Shown in pieces: positions 45,253 through 54,617 of a stretch of DNA of 64,000 nucleotides (positions are counted from its first letter, which is position 1; the number at the start of each line of letters is the position of its first letter). The notes under the pieces are model-generated. The model was not told the origin of the DNA. It was given only the letters and a program-made list of their open reading frames with translations, and ran no database searches. The stretch comes from an uncultured delta proteobacterium (lineage in GTDB: Bacteria; Myxococcota_A; Polyangia; Haliangiales; Haliangiaceae), in NCBI GenBank assembly GCA_963848295.1, contig CAWKDB010000011.1:640001-704000 (forward strand). Direction: 5' to 3'. Made by a program: the position numbers and the translations under genes.

Positions 45253-48210
45253 TCACGAGTTGTCGTCGTCGTCGCCGGCGTTGACCGCGGAGCCGACCTC
45301 GCCCGGCACCGTCGACCACACATCCTCGTAACCGGCGACACCGGTCTTCGTCGTGATCGGCTTGAGCTCGGCGGCGGCTTGCTGGAGATCGAGCACCGCC
45401 TTGGCGACGTCATCGGCCTGACGTCGCGTGAGATCGAGCAAGTGGCTCGCCGCCGCCATCTTGTCGGTCGCCGCCAGGTAGCTCGCGCGCGCCTGCTGGA
45501 TCGGCACCTCGAGGTTGTCCTGCTCTTGGTTCGAGGCCAGCGCGGAGTTCTCGAAGTTGTCCGCCATGCCTTTGCCGGCGTACATCGCAGCGGCGGCGCC
45601 GCTGCTCGGCGCGTCGATCAAGTGAGACATCGCGCGATTGACCGCCTGGTCGAGTCGCTGCAAGCGGTGGTTGTCGCGCTTGATATTCGCGTTCAGCGTG
45701 TCCATCTCCTTCTGCATCGCCGCGAGCTTCGGATCGCCACCGTCGTGATGGGCGGCCATCGCCTCGGCCCCGATGTTGCCGCGATAGTTCTTCAACAGAA
45801 CCAAGTTGTGTTGGATCTGGTCGAGGACCTTCTGGCGCAACTCGCCCGGCAGATCGGTGTACTGGCTGCGATCGTCGATGGCGGCGTACCGGCCCGCCTG
45901 CTCCTTGATCATCGTCTCGACTTCGGCATAGACGGTCTTCGGGTCGGCGCCGGCGTCGAGGTCCTTATCGAGCTTTGCGACCTTCTGCTCGAACTCGATC
46001 CGGCCTTCCTTGCCCGGGAAGTTCTTGTCGCCCTTGAGCTCGACATCCCACTCGAGCGACTTGCCGCCGACGTAACCGAGCCCGCCGAACCCGGCCGCGC
46101 CGCGCTCCGCGATGAACGCACTGAATGCCCGGCGTCGATCTTCGTCGTTGGTGGCCTCGGCGAACTTCGGATACTTCGCGAGCTCGTCCATCGTCTCCTT
46201 GGGGATATCAGCCGACAGCGTCCAATCGCCCGACGCCTTCGCCGCGTGACCCTTCGCATCGCCCATCATGAACAGCTCGTTCATCGCGGCGCGATTGTGG
46301 TCGCCGTTCTCGCCGCTGTACTTCATCGTCGCGGTGTAGCCAGCGTCCTGGCCGTTTTCCATGCGCGATTCGAGCGATGCGCTCGAATGGGCATCGCGGT
46401 CGCCGAGGAACGTCGAGCTGAACCAGCCGGCGTTGATGTCGTTGGCCTGCGTACCGTGGAAGGCCTCGTGCTCGCCCTTGTCGTCCGTCCTGATGTTCTC
46501 GTCGGTGGTCGCCGTGTAGTCGTTCGTGAGGCCACCGAGCGCGATCGCGTCCTTGTCTTCCGCCCGCGCGATCCGCTCGACGAGCATGCGATGCGCGGTT
46601 CCGTCGGCGGGCGCGACATGATCTTTGCAGAACTTCTCGTACGCGGCTTGGCCCTGGGTCGTGAACAAGTCGAACCGCCAGGTGATCGCGACCGCGCTGT
46701 TCTTCGTCGTGCTGACCGTGTCGGACAAGCCGCCGGCGATGCTGATCTCGTGCTCCCTCTCGCCCGCGATGGTCACCGTCACGTCGATGTGCTGCGCGTC
46801 GACGCGCTTCATGTCCATCTCGTTGGTCTTGCTCTCGTGCGCCGCCGCGCCGAGCTTGGCACCCTCGAGCGAGACGCTCCCGTTCGCGGACAGCGTCGTC
46901 GTGTTGCCGCCGCCGATGGTCTCGCCGATCGGGAGCAGCATCGCGCCGCCCACGGTGGCAGGATCGACAAGGGGCTCGCCGAGGCCCTCCGCGGGATGGC
47001 CGTAGAACTCGAGCGCTTCGAAGTAGTTCTCGAACAGCTTCGTGCCGCTCTCGAAGTTCTTCGACTCGGCGCCGCCGCCGATGCCGACGCTGAACCCGCC
47101 GCCGCCGAGCGAGCCGCCGCCCGACGCGCCGTTCGTCGTGGCGCGGACGTACGAGACCTGCCACTTTCCGTCGCTCCACACCGGCGGCGTCGCGGTCACC
47201 TTCGTGCCGTGCGACACCGACGCGTTGACGCCACTGCCGCCCTTCGTCATCAACGAATAGCCGGCGTGGGCGGACACGCCGTCGGGACCGATCGAGGCCC
47301 CGGCGTTCGCGCTTTGCGTCGTACCGTTGGCGTTGGTGTGGCCGAAGTTACCGGTGGCCGACACGGCCTCCTTGTTGATCCCGAGCGTGCCGCCCGCGGT
47401 GGTGCTCGCCCCAGGCGCCCCCTCGGCCGGCTTGGAGGTGTGCTGGAATCCGCCCTTGGGGCCGCCATCTCCCCAGCCGAGGCTGCCCTTGTTGGTCTTC
47501 TCGACGCCATCCGCGACCGTCGAGTGCGACGCACCGAGGTCGACATCGACGCCATCCGGGCCGTAGCCGCCGGCGATATCGTGTCCCTTCCCCTTGCCGT
47601 GCTCACCGGCCTTGACGGCGGTGTCGTGAGACGCCGCGAGGTTGAAGCCCTTGGTGTTGATGCCGCCGCTGACATTGGAGGACTTGTCGACGCCGACGCC
47701 GTGATCGTCGGTCTTGACCACCGTCGCGTGACTGCCGGTCACACCGTAACCGCCGTTCGCGGCCTTGCCGCCGCCGACCATGTTGGTGGTGTCTCGTTGG
47801 TAGCTGTCCTCGCCGTTGATCGCGACATCGGTCGTCTTCCGGCCGATCGACGCGTTCTGGTCTTTGGCGCTGAAGCTGCCGACCACCTTGTGGTCATTGG
47901 TGACGAGTTGATTCTCGACGCCTGGATCGTTCTCGGGCAGCCCGTCGGCGCGCGGTGGCTTCGCGCCGCCCGCGATCGCTGCAACCCTCTGGGTGTAGCC
48001 CATGCCCAACGTCGCATTCAGCTTGCGGTAGATCAGCTCGCTGTCGCCGGGATGCGCCTTGACGAGCGCAGCGACCGCCGCGGGGTTCGGCTTGCCTTCT
48101 GCGAGCAGCGCATCGAGCGCTTGCAGACTGAGCTTGCGCTGGAGCGGGGGCCCTTCGGGCTGCGGTCCTTGCGCGGTCGCGGTCGTAGGTTGGTGGTCGT
48201 GCTCGGACAT
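45253..48210 (-). CDS. Large (985 aa) Gly-rich orphan protein, possible exported effector/toxin
   Basis: Long ORF with normal codon bias; N-terminal LQRK and LNATLGMGYTQRV; Gly/Ser/Thr-rich beta region; helical coiled-coil C-terminus. Confidence 0.75.
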   Translation of the reverse strand: MSEHDHQPTTATAQGPQPEGPPLQRKLSLQALDALLAEGKPNPAAVAALVKAHPGDSELIYRKLNATLGMGYTQRVAAIAGGAKPPRADGLPENDPGVENQLVTNDHKVVGSFSAKDQNASIGRKTTDVAINGEDSYQRDTTNMVGGGKAANGGYGVTGSHATVVKTDDHGVGVDKSSNVSGGINTKGFNLAASHDTAVKAGEHGKGKGHDIAGGYGPDGVDVDLGASHSTVADGVEKTNKGSLGWGDGGPKGGFQHTSKPAEGAPGASTTAGGTLGINKEAVSATGNFGHTNANGTTQSANAGASIGPDGVSAHAGYSLMTKGGSGVNASVSHGTKVTATPPVWSDGKWQVSYVRATTNGASGGGSLGGGGFSVGIGGGAESKNFESGTKLFENYFEALEFYGHPAEGLGEPLVDPATVGGAMLLPIGETIGGGNTTTLSANGSVSLEGAKLGAAAHESKTNEMDMKRVDAQHIDVTVTIAGEREHEISIAGGLSDTVSTTKNSAVAITWRFDLFTTQGQAAYEKFCKDHVAPADGTAHRMLVERIARAEDKDAIALGGLTNDYTATTDENIRTDDKGEHEAFHGTQANDINAGWFSSTFLGDRDAHSSASLESRMENGQDAGYTATMKYSGENGDHNRAAMNELFMMGDAKGHAAKASGDWTLSADIPKETMDELAKYPKFAEATNDEDRRRAFSAFIAERGAAGFGGLGYVGGKSLEWDVELKGDKNFPGKEGRIEFEQKVAKLDKDLDAGADPKTVYAEVETMIKEQAGRYAAIDDRSQYTDLPGELRQKVLDQIQHNLVLLKNYRGNIGAEAMAAHHDGGDPKLAAMQKEMDTLNANIKRDNHRLQRLDQAVNRAMSHLIDAPSSGAAAAMYAGKGMADNFENSALASNQEQDNLEVPIQQARASYLAATDKMAAASHLLDLTRRQADDVAKAVLDLQQAAAELKPITTKTGVAGYEDVWSTVPGEVGSAVNAGDDDDNS

Positions 48211-48370
48211 CGGAGCTAGATACTACGCTCGCGCGGGCTCTGGACTTCCGCTGGAGTGGGCTCCCAAGACGTGCCCCGGCCGATCGCGAGAAATCGTTGT
48301 AATCGGGATTGCGCGATGTAGGTGCAAGTCCGCAGCGCTGCGACCGCGGCTGTGCCGTACGATAGTGCGC

Positions 48371-49567
48371 GTGCCGGAGGAGTTCGGCTCTTATCTCGTC
48401 GGCGAGCAGCTGGGAATCGGCGGCATGGCGGTCGTGCATCTCGCGGAGGCGAGGAGCGCGGCGGGCTTTCGCAAGCGCGTCGCCTTGAAGCGGTTGTTGC
48501 CGCACGTCGCGCACAACCCCGAGCTCGTCGCCGCGTTCGCGGCCGAGGCGCGGCTCGCCGGCTACCTGCGGCACCCGAACATCGCGCAGATCTTCGACTT
48601 CGGAAAGCTCGAGGGCGTGCACTACATCGCGTTCGAGTTCGTGCCCGGTCCGACGCTCGAGCAGCTCGCGCGCCAGTGCAACGCGAATGTCGGTCCGATC
48701 CCGACGCCGATCGTGCTCAACATCGCGCACCAGATCTGCGATGCGCTCGACCACGCACACAACCTGACCGACGAAGCCGGTCGGCCGCTCGGCATCGTGC
48801 ATCGCGACGTGTCGCCGCCGAATCTGATCGTGTCGAACAACGGCCTGGTCAAGCTCATCGACTTCGGGCTCGCGAAGGCCAAGCGCGCATCGAACGACAC
48901 CCAGGTCGGCGTCATCAAGGGCAAGCTCAGCTACGTCGCGCCGGAGTACCTCGCCGGCAAGCTCGATGCGCGCTGCGACTTGTGGGCGGTCGGCGTCGTC
49001 GTGCACGAGCTGCTCACCGGCCACAAGCTGTTCGATGCGGCGAACGACTTCGAGGCGCTCGATCGCGTGCGATCGATGCGGGTCCGGCCGCCCTCGAAGT
49101 CGAACCCCGACGTGCCCGACGATCTCGATGACATCGTGATGACCGCGCTGCAGCGCGATCCGGCGAGCCGGTGGCAAAGCGCCGCTGCCATGCGCACCGC
49201 GCTCGGTGGGGTCGCGGCCCAGCTCCAAGCGATCACGAACTCGCAGCTGATCGATTGGGTCGAGTGGGCGTTCATGCAAGACCGCAAGCCGCAGGACAGC
49301 GTCGTCGCGAAGCTGATCGAGATCCTCGATCAACCGAGCCGGCCGATCGAGGCGGTCGCCGATGACGATCCGAAGGCATCGCGGCCCGCGATCGTCGCGG
49401 CGATGCTCGAGCGCCGCAAACAGACGACGCCGGCGGTCGGCGCCGAGGTCGTGCGACCGGTGCTGCGCCAGCGGTCGCGGGTTGGCCTCGTGCTCCTGTT
49501 GCTCGTGCTGGTGCTCGCAGCCGGCGCCGCCGGGGCGATCGCGACCTACGGTGTGCCGCGATGGTAG
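48371..49567 (+). CDS. Membrane-anchored Ser/Thr protein kinase (Pkn2 family), paralog 1
   Basis: LGIGGMA, VALK, HRDVSPPN, DFG and YVAPE; C-terminal TM. Confidence 0.93.
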   Translation: MPEEFGSYLVGEQLGIGGMAVVHLAEARSAAGFRKRVALKRLLPHVAHNPELVAAFAAEARLAGYLRHPNIAQIFDFGKLEGVHYIAFEFVPGPTLEQLARQCNANVGPIPTPIVLNIAHQICDALDHAHNLTDEAGRPLGIVHRDVSPPNLIVSNNGLVKLIDFGLAKAKRASNDTQVGVIKGKLSYVAPEYLAGKLDARCDLWAVGVVVHELLTGHKLFDAANDFEALDRVRSMRVRPPSKSNPDVPDDLDDIVMTALQRDPASRWQSAAAMRTALGGVAAQLQAITNSQLIDWVEWAFMQDRKPQDSVVAKLIEILDQPSRPIEAVADDDPKASRPAIVAAMLERRKQTTPAVGAEVVRPVLRQRSRVGLVLLLLVLVLAAGAAGAIATYGVPRW

Positions 49568-50685
49568 CCGAGGGCGCGGAACCGCAGAGCTTCGGCCGCT
49601 ACCTCGTCTACGAGCAGCTCGGCGAAGGCGGGATGGCGACCGTGCACCGCGCCGAGCGGGTCGGCAAGGATGGCCGGCGCGAGTGCGCGCTCAAGCGGCT
49701 ACTGCCGCGGGTCGCGGTCCAGCAGGAAGCGCGGCGCGCGTTCGTCGATGAAGGCCGGCTGACCCGGTACCTGCATCATCCCAACATCGTCGCGACCTAC
49801 GAGTCCGGCACGTACCGCGAGACCGCGTTCATCGCGATGGAGTACGCGCCCGGCCCGACGCTCAAGCAGCTCGCGCAGCACTGCAGCGTGACCGCGGGCG
49901 CGATCCCGGCGCCGGTGATGCTGAACATCGCGGCGCAGCTATGCGACGCGCTCGACTACGCGCACAACCTGTGCGGCGACGATGGCGAGCCGCTCGGCAT
50001 CATCCACCGCGACGTCTCGCCATCGAACATCATCGTGTTCGATGGCGGCCTCGTGAAGTTGATCGACTTCGGGCTCGCGAAGGCTCGGCTGCGCACCGGC
50101 GAAGAGACCGCGGTCGGCCTGATCAAGGGCAAGTACAACTACATCGCGCCCGAGTACCTCGCGGGCGAGCTCGATCCGCGCGCCGACCTGTGGGCGGTCG
50201 GGGTCGTGATGTACGAGCTGCTGACCAGCCGGCGCCTGTTCGACGGGTTCGACGACGTCGAGACCATGACCCGCGTGCGCAAGTTGCCGATCCCGCGGCC
50301 GTCGATCGCCAATCCACGCGTGTCGCGCGAGGTCGACGAGGTCGTGATGACGGCGCTCGAGCGCGACCCGACCCGGCGGTGGCAGAGCGCGGCCGCGATG
50401 CGCGATGCGCTGCGCGCCGTGATCGCGATGCCCGGCAACTTCGTCGCGAACCAAGTCGTGATCGATTGGACGACGTGGGTATTCGGCCAGCACGCGCGCA
50501 CCGAGGTCAGCGGGTTGTCGCCGCTGCTTCCGCCGCCACCTCCTCCGCCGGCTGCGGTCGCGACCGTCCCCGCGCAAGCGCGCGAGCTCGATGCGACCGG
50601 CGCGCACTATCGCCGGTTGATGTGGCGGGTGCTGGCGATCCTCGTCGCGGTGTTCGTGCTCGAGCTGATCGTCTCGCGCTGCTAG
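49561..50685 (+). CDS. Membrane-anchored Ser/Thr protein kinase (Pkn2 family), paralog 2
   Basis: LGEGGMA, ALK, HRDVSPSN, DFG and YIAPE; C-terminal TM. Confidence 0.93.
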   Translation: MVAEGAEPQSFGRYLVYEQLGEGGMATVHRAERVGKDGRRECALKRLLPRVAVQQEARRAFVDEGRLTRYLHHPNIVATYESGTYRETAFIAMEYAPGPTLKQLAQHCSVTAGAIPAPVMLNIAAQLCDALDYAHNLCGDDGEPLGIIHRDVSPSNIIVFDGGLVKLIDFGLAKARLRTGEETAVGLIKGKYNYIAPEYLAGELDPRADLWAVGVVMYELLTSRRLFDGFDDVETMTRVRKLPIPRPSIANPRVSREVDEVVMTALERDPTRRWQSAAAMRDALRAVIAMPGNFVANQVVIDWTTWVFGQHARTEVSGLSPLLPPPPPPPAAVATVPAQARELDATGAHYRRLMWRVLAILVAVFVLELIVSRC

Positions 50686-51821
50686 CGCACGATGTGCGGC
50701 ACGAACCGCGCGGTGTTGCTCGTGACGTAGCCCGGCGTCTCGCGAATGCCGATGCCGGCGGGCGCACCACCGACGACCCACGAGCCGATCACCGGACGCA
50801 TGCCGTCGAGCTCGCCGAGCTCGGCGTACGCCTGGTAGACGTAGCCGGCGCCGACGTACGGTCCGGCGGTCGCGACCTCGACGCCGGGCGCGACGATCGT
50901 GACGTTCGAGCCTTCGCGGCCGAGCAACGGCTTCCTGACGAACGCGGCGCCGACCGGCCCGGGCTCGCGCGACGCCGGCAGCAGATTCGGATGGCCGGGA
51001 TACAGCTCCCACAGCAGCGGCAAGATCGCCTTGTTCGACAGCACCATCTTCCACGCGGGCTCGAGCCATGCGAGGTCCAAGCGCGGCAGCACCGGGGCGA
51101 GCCGATCGAGCACCAGGCCCTCCCATGGATACAGCTTGAACAAGCTGCGGATCGGCCGGCCGCTGAGATCGACGAGCAGCGACCGACTCGCGTCCCAGCC
51201 GAGGTCGGCGATCGCGAGCTCGGCGGTCGCGAGCCCGGCCTGCTCGGCGGTATCGCGCAGGTAGCCGACCGTCATCCGATCCTCCAGATCGTCGACACAC
51301 GTGAAGTGGACGACGTCGCCGAGCCGGGGGGCGAGCTGGCGCCAGGTCGCGACCAACGCATCGTGCAGGCGATTCTGCTGATCGATCGATCGGCTGTCGC
51401 CGTCATCGAACGCCTCGGCGAGCCACGTCCACTGGATCACCGCGGCCTCGAGCAAGCTGGTCGGCGTGTCCGCGTTGTACTCGAGCATCTTCGCCACGCC
51501 GTCGCCGAACGCGAGATCGAACCGGCCGTACAACGACGGCGGCTGGTCGCGCCAGGTGCGCTCGACCAGCGCGATCGCGAGCGGCGACAGGCCGAGCTCG
51601 CCGAGTCGCCCGCGCTCGACGAGCGTGCCGACCGCCTCGACACATAACGCATGCAGCTCGCGGGTCGCGCGCTCGATCGCGTCGGCTTCCGTTGCGGTGA
51701 ATTCGTAGTAGGTGCCCTCGCCCCAGTACACCGCGTTGTCGCTCGTCGAATGAAATAGCAGGCCTTGCGCTTCGATCCGCGCGCGCCATTCGGGGCGCAT
51801 GGCGATCGAGTTGCGCTTCAT
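50682..51821 (-). CDS. Glutathionylspermidine synthase family ATP-grasp protein (YgiC/YjfC-like)
   Basis: YGRFD, EYNADTPTSLLEA, FKLYPWE, EPAWK...SNKAIL and REGSNV. Confidence 0.92.
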   Translation of the reverse strand: MKRNSIAMRPEWRARIEAQGLLFHSTSDNAVYWGEGTYYEFTATEADAIERATRELHALCVEAVGTLVERGRLGELGLSPLAIALVERTWRDQPPSLYGRFDLAFGDGVAKMLEYNADTPTSLLEAAVIQWTWLAEAFDDGDSRSIDQQNRLHDALVATWRQLAPRLGDVVHFTCVDDLEDRMTVGYLRDTAEQAGLATAELAIADLGWDASRSLLVDLSGRPIRSLFKLYPWEGLVLDRLAPVLPRLDLAWLEPAWKMVLSNKAILPLLWELYPGHPNLLPASREPGPVGAAFVRKPLLGREGSNVTIVAPGVEVATAGPYVGAGYVYQAYAELGELDGMRPVIGSWVVGGAPAGIGIRETPGYVTSNTARFVPHIVR

Positions 51822-51823
51822 GC

Positions 51824-52228
51824 TCAGCCGCCGTGGCCGTGCCCACCACCGCCGTGACCGCCGCGACCGCCGGACCAGAAGTAGCTACCGAAGCCGCCGC
51901 GGATCACGCCGCCCGAAACGTAGACGTCGTCATCGTCGTCGAAGCAATCGTCGCGCAGCCGCCAGTTCGGATCGTCGTCGCAATCGAGCTCTTGCAGCGT
52001 GGGGGTCATGCCCGGCGGCGCGAGCCCGAGTTGCTCGCTCGGATCCGCCGGGGCCGGAAGCGGCTGGGTCGCGCCTGGAGGCGAGACCTGCGCTTCGTCG
52101 GGCACGGCGGGCGCGTCGTCCGCGGAGGGATCCGGATCCGCGGGAGGCAACGGCGGCTCGGCAGCGGCGACGGCGGCGGACGCCAGCATCGGCAGCAACG
52201 TCAGCTTGACCGCGGTGGACCGGCGCAT
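51824..52228 (-). CDS. Small exported protein with an RGGFG Gly-rich tail (YgiB/DUF1190-like partner)
   Basis: MRRSTAVKL signal peptide; two Cys; VIRGGFG...GG tail; directly upstream of the GSP synthase gene. Confidence 0.6.
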   Translation of the reverse strand: MRRSTAVKLTLLPMLASAAVAAAEPPLPPADPDPSADDAPAVPDEAQVSPPGATQPLPAPADPSEQLGLAPPGMTPTLQELDCDDDPNWRLRDDCFDDDDDVYVSGGVIRGGFGSYFWSGGRGGHGGGGHGHGG

Positions 52229-52280
52229 ACCCTTATCGTGCGCCGGGGCCGCCCGGAGGCTCGTGAAATTAGGATGAACC

Positions 52281-52753
52281 TCACCGGCTGCCGGTCGTTG
52301 CCGCCGAATGCGCGGCGATCACGTCCGGCGGCGCCTGGACGAGCTCGATCAGTACGCCTTCACCCGACAGCGGCGTCGCGCCATCGCCCTTGGGATGGAT
52401 GAAGCAAACATCGTGACCGGCGGCGCCCTTGCGGATCCCGCCGGGCGTGAATCGCACCCCTTGCGCGCCGAGCCATGCCACCGCCGCCGCGAGGTCGTCG
52501 ACCCACAGCCCGACGTGGTTGAGCCGCGGTTCGTGGACCTTCGGGCTCTTCGTCGCGTCGATCGGCTCCATCAGAGTCGATCTCGACGCCGGCGATCGCC
52601 AGGATGTCCTCGTCGACGTTCTCGCGCTCGCTGCGAAACGCTGCCGACGACCGGCAGGCCGAGCAGATCGACCCACAACCGGCGCAGCGCCGCCTTGCTC
52701 GGGCCGCCGATCGCGAGCTGCTGCACGCCGAGGATGCGGAACGGTCGGGTCAC
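52281..52753 (-). CDS. VOC-family protein (methyl/ethylmalonyl-CoA epimerase-like), with two +1 frameshifts near 52576 and 52640
   Basis: [17 protein letters not shown]; restored [15 protein letters not shown]...[24 protein letters not shown] and LIELVQ. Confidence 0.8.
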
Positions 52754-54036
52754 GGTGTCGCCGCGCGCACCTCGGCGAGCGTGCGCATACCGGGCCGCGG
52801 CGCATTGACGAGGATCGCCATGTTGCCCGACGGGTGCTGGTTATCGCGCATCAACTGATGGCAGTCGCCGGTCTCGTTCCACGCGAACACGCGCGACATG
52901 CACGGGTCGACCTTGCCGGCGATCACGAGGTCGTTGATCCCCTTGGCCTGGTCGTCGTTCGCGAAGTGCGAGCCTTGCAGCCGCTTCTGGCGCATCCAGT
53001 GGTAGCGCAGATCGAGCGTCGCGTTGTAGCCGGTCGTGCCGGCGCAGATCACGATCATGCCGCCGGTGTCGCACACGAAGCACGAGGTCGGCAGCGTGGT
53101 CTCGCCGGGATGCTCGAACACGATCGCCGGATTCTTCTTGTCGCCGAGCGCATCCCAGAACGCGCTGCCGAACGCGCGCGCGCCCTTGAGCCACAGCGCG
53201 TACTCGATGTCGTCGGACCAGCGCGGGAGCTTGCCCCAATGCTCGAACTTGCGGCGATCGATCACCCCGACCGCGCCGAGCTTGGTGCAGAACTCGCTCT
53301 TCGAATCACCGGACATCACCGCGACCGCGCGACCACCGGCGGCGCGCACGATCTGGATCGCCATCGAGCCCAACCCGCCGGCGCCACCCCACACGAGCAC
53401 GGGATCGCCGGCGCGGATGGTGTGCGGCGCCCAGCCGTGCAACATGCGGTACGCGGTCGCGCCGACCAGCATGTACGACGCGGCTTGCTCCCACGTCAGG
53501 TGCTCGGGCTTGGGCAGGCACTGGTGCGCTTGGACCTTCGTGTACTGCGCGAAGCTGCCCCAGTTCGATTCGTAGCCCCAGATCCGCTGCGACGGCGCGA
53601 GCATCGGGTCTTTGCCGGCGACGATGTGCGGATCGTCGTGATCCCACATGCCGCAGTGGACGACGACGTCGTCGCCGACCGCGACGTTCGTGACCTCCTT
53701 GCCGACCGCCCACACGACACCGCTCGCGTCGGAGCCGCCGACGTGGAAGTCCTCTTTATCGCCCTTCTTCTGGCGCGCCTTGATGACGTCGATCGGGATG
53801 CCCATCGCCGCCCACACGTTGTTGTAGTTGACGCCGGCGGCCATCACGTAGACCAGCACCTCGCGCGGACCGAGCGCGGGCACCGGCACCGGCTCCTCGC
53901 GAAACGCGTCGCGCGGCTCGCCGAACCGCTCGGCGCGGATCACCTGCGCGAGCATCTTCGCGGGCACGGCCCCGAGGTCAGGGACGTCACCGAGCGAGTA
54001 GAGATCCGCAGCTCTCGAAGCGGTCGCGGTCATCAC
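52750..54036 (-). CDS. ccr: Crotonyl-CoA carboxylase/reductase
   Basis: [38 protein letters not shown] and [11 protein letters not shown]. Confidence 0.93.
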   Translation of the reverse strand: MMTATASRAADLYSLGDVPDLGAVPAKMLAQVIRAERFGEPRDAFREEPVPVPALGPREVLVYVMAAGVNYNNVWAAMGIPIDVIKARQKKGDKEDFHVGGSDASGVVWAVGKEVTNVAVGDDVVVHCGMWDHDDPHIVAGKDPMLAPSQRIWGYESNWGSFAQYTKVQAHQCLPKPEHLTWEQAASYMLVGATAYRMLHGWAPHTIRAGDPVLVWGGAGGLGSMAIQIVRAAGGRAVAVMSGDSKSEFCTKLGAVGVIDRRKFEHWGKLPRWSDDIEYALWLKGARAFGSAFWDALGDKKNPAIVFEHPGETTLPTSCFVCDTGGMIVICAGTTGYNATLDLRYHWMRQKRLQGSHFANDDQAKGINDLVIAGKVDPCMSRVFAWNETGDCHQLMRDNQHPSGNMAILVNAPRPGMRTLAEVRAATP

Positions 54037-54059
54037 GCCTCGAATCTACGCGATCCAGG

Positions 54060-54617
54060 CTAGCGGATCAGCTTCGACAGCACGCGGAACTCGTCGCTAC
54101 CCGCGCGGCCGAGCAGATCGAACACGCAGACCTCGGTCGACGTCGCGATCGCTCCCGCCTTCGCGACCAGGCCCATCCCGATCTGCCAGTTCGCCTCGGT
54201 CCGGCTGCACACCGCATCGGCGACGACGTGCACCGCATGGCCACGCGCCGCGAGGTCACGCGCGGTCTGATAGACGCAGACGTGGGTCTCCATCCCGACG
54301 ACGATCCACTGATCGCGCTTGAGCTGCGGCGACAGCGCGGCGAACGCGGGCGACGCGGCGGCCGAGAACTCGAGCTTGTCGAAGCGATGCGCGTCGGCGG
54401 GCAGCGCGTCGGCGATCGCCGCGACCGTCGCGCCGAGGCCCTTGGGATACTGCTGGCTGACGACGATCGGGATGCCGAGCGTGTGCGCCGCGCGGATCAG
54501 GATCTGCGCGTTGCCGATCACCTTCGCGGCGGTCGCCTCGACCATCGCGGGCACGAGCCGGTCCTGGATGTCGATGACGAGCAGGCCGGCGCGCGTTCGG
54601 GACAGCGGCGCGATCAC
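54060..54617 (-). CDS. Isochorismatase-family hydrolase (YcaC-like)
   Basis: VIDIQDRL, QYPKGLG and GMETHVCVYQT. Confidence 0.9.
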   Translation of the reverse strand: MIAPLSRTRAGLLVIDIQDRLVPAMVEATAAKVIGNAQILIRAAHTLGIPIVVSQQYPKGLGATVAAIADALPADAHRFDKLEFSAAASPAFAALSPQLKRDQWIVVGMETHVCVYQTARDLAARGHAVHVVADAVCSRTEANWQIGMGLVAKAGAIATSTEVCVFDLLGRAGSDEFRVLSKLIR

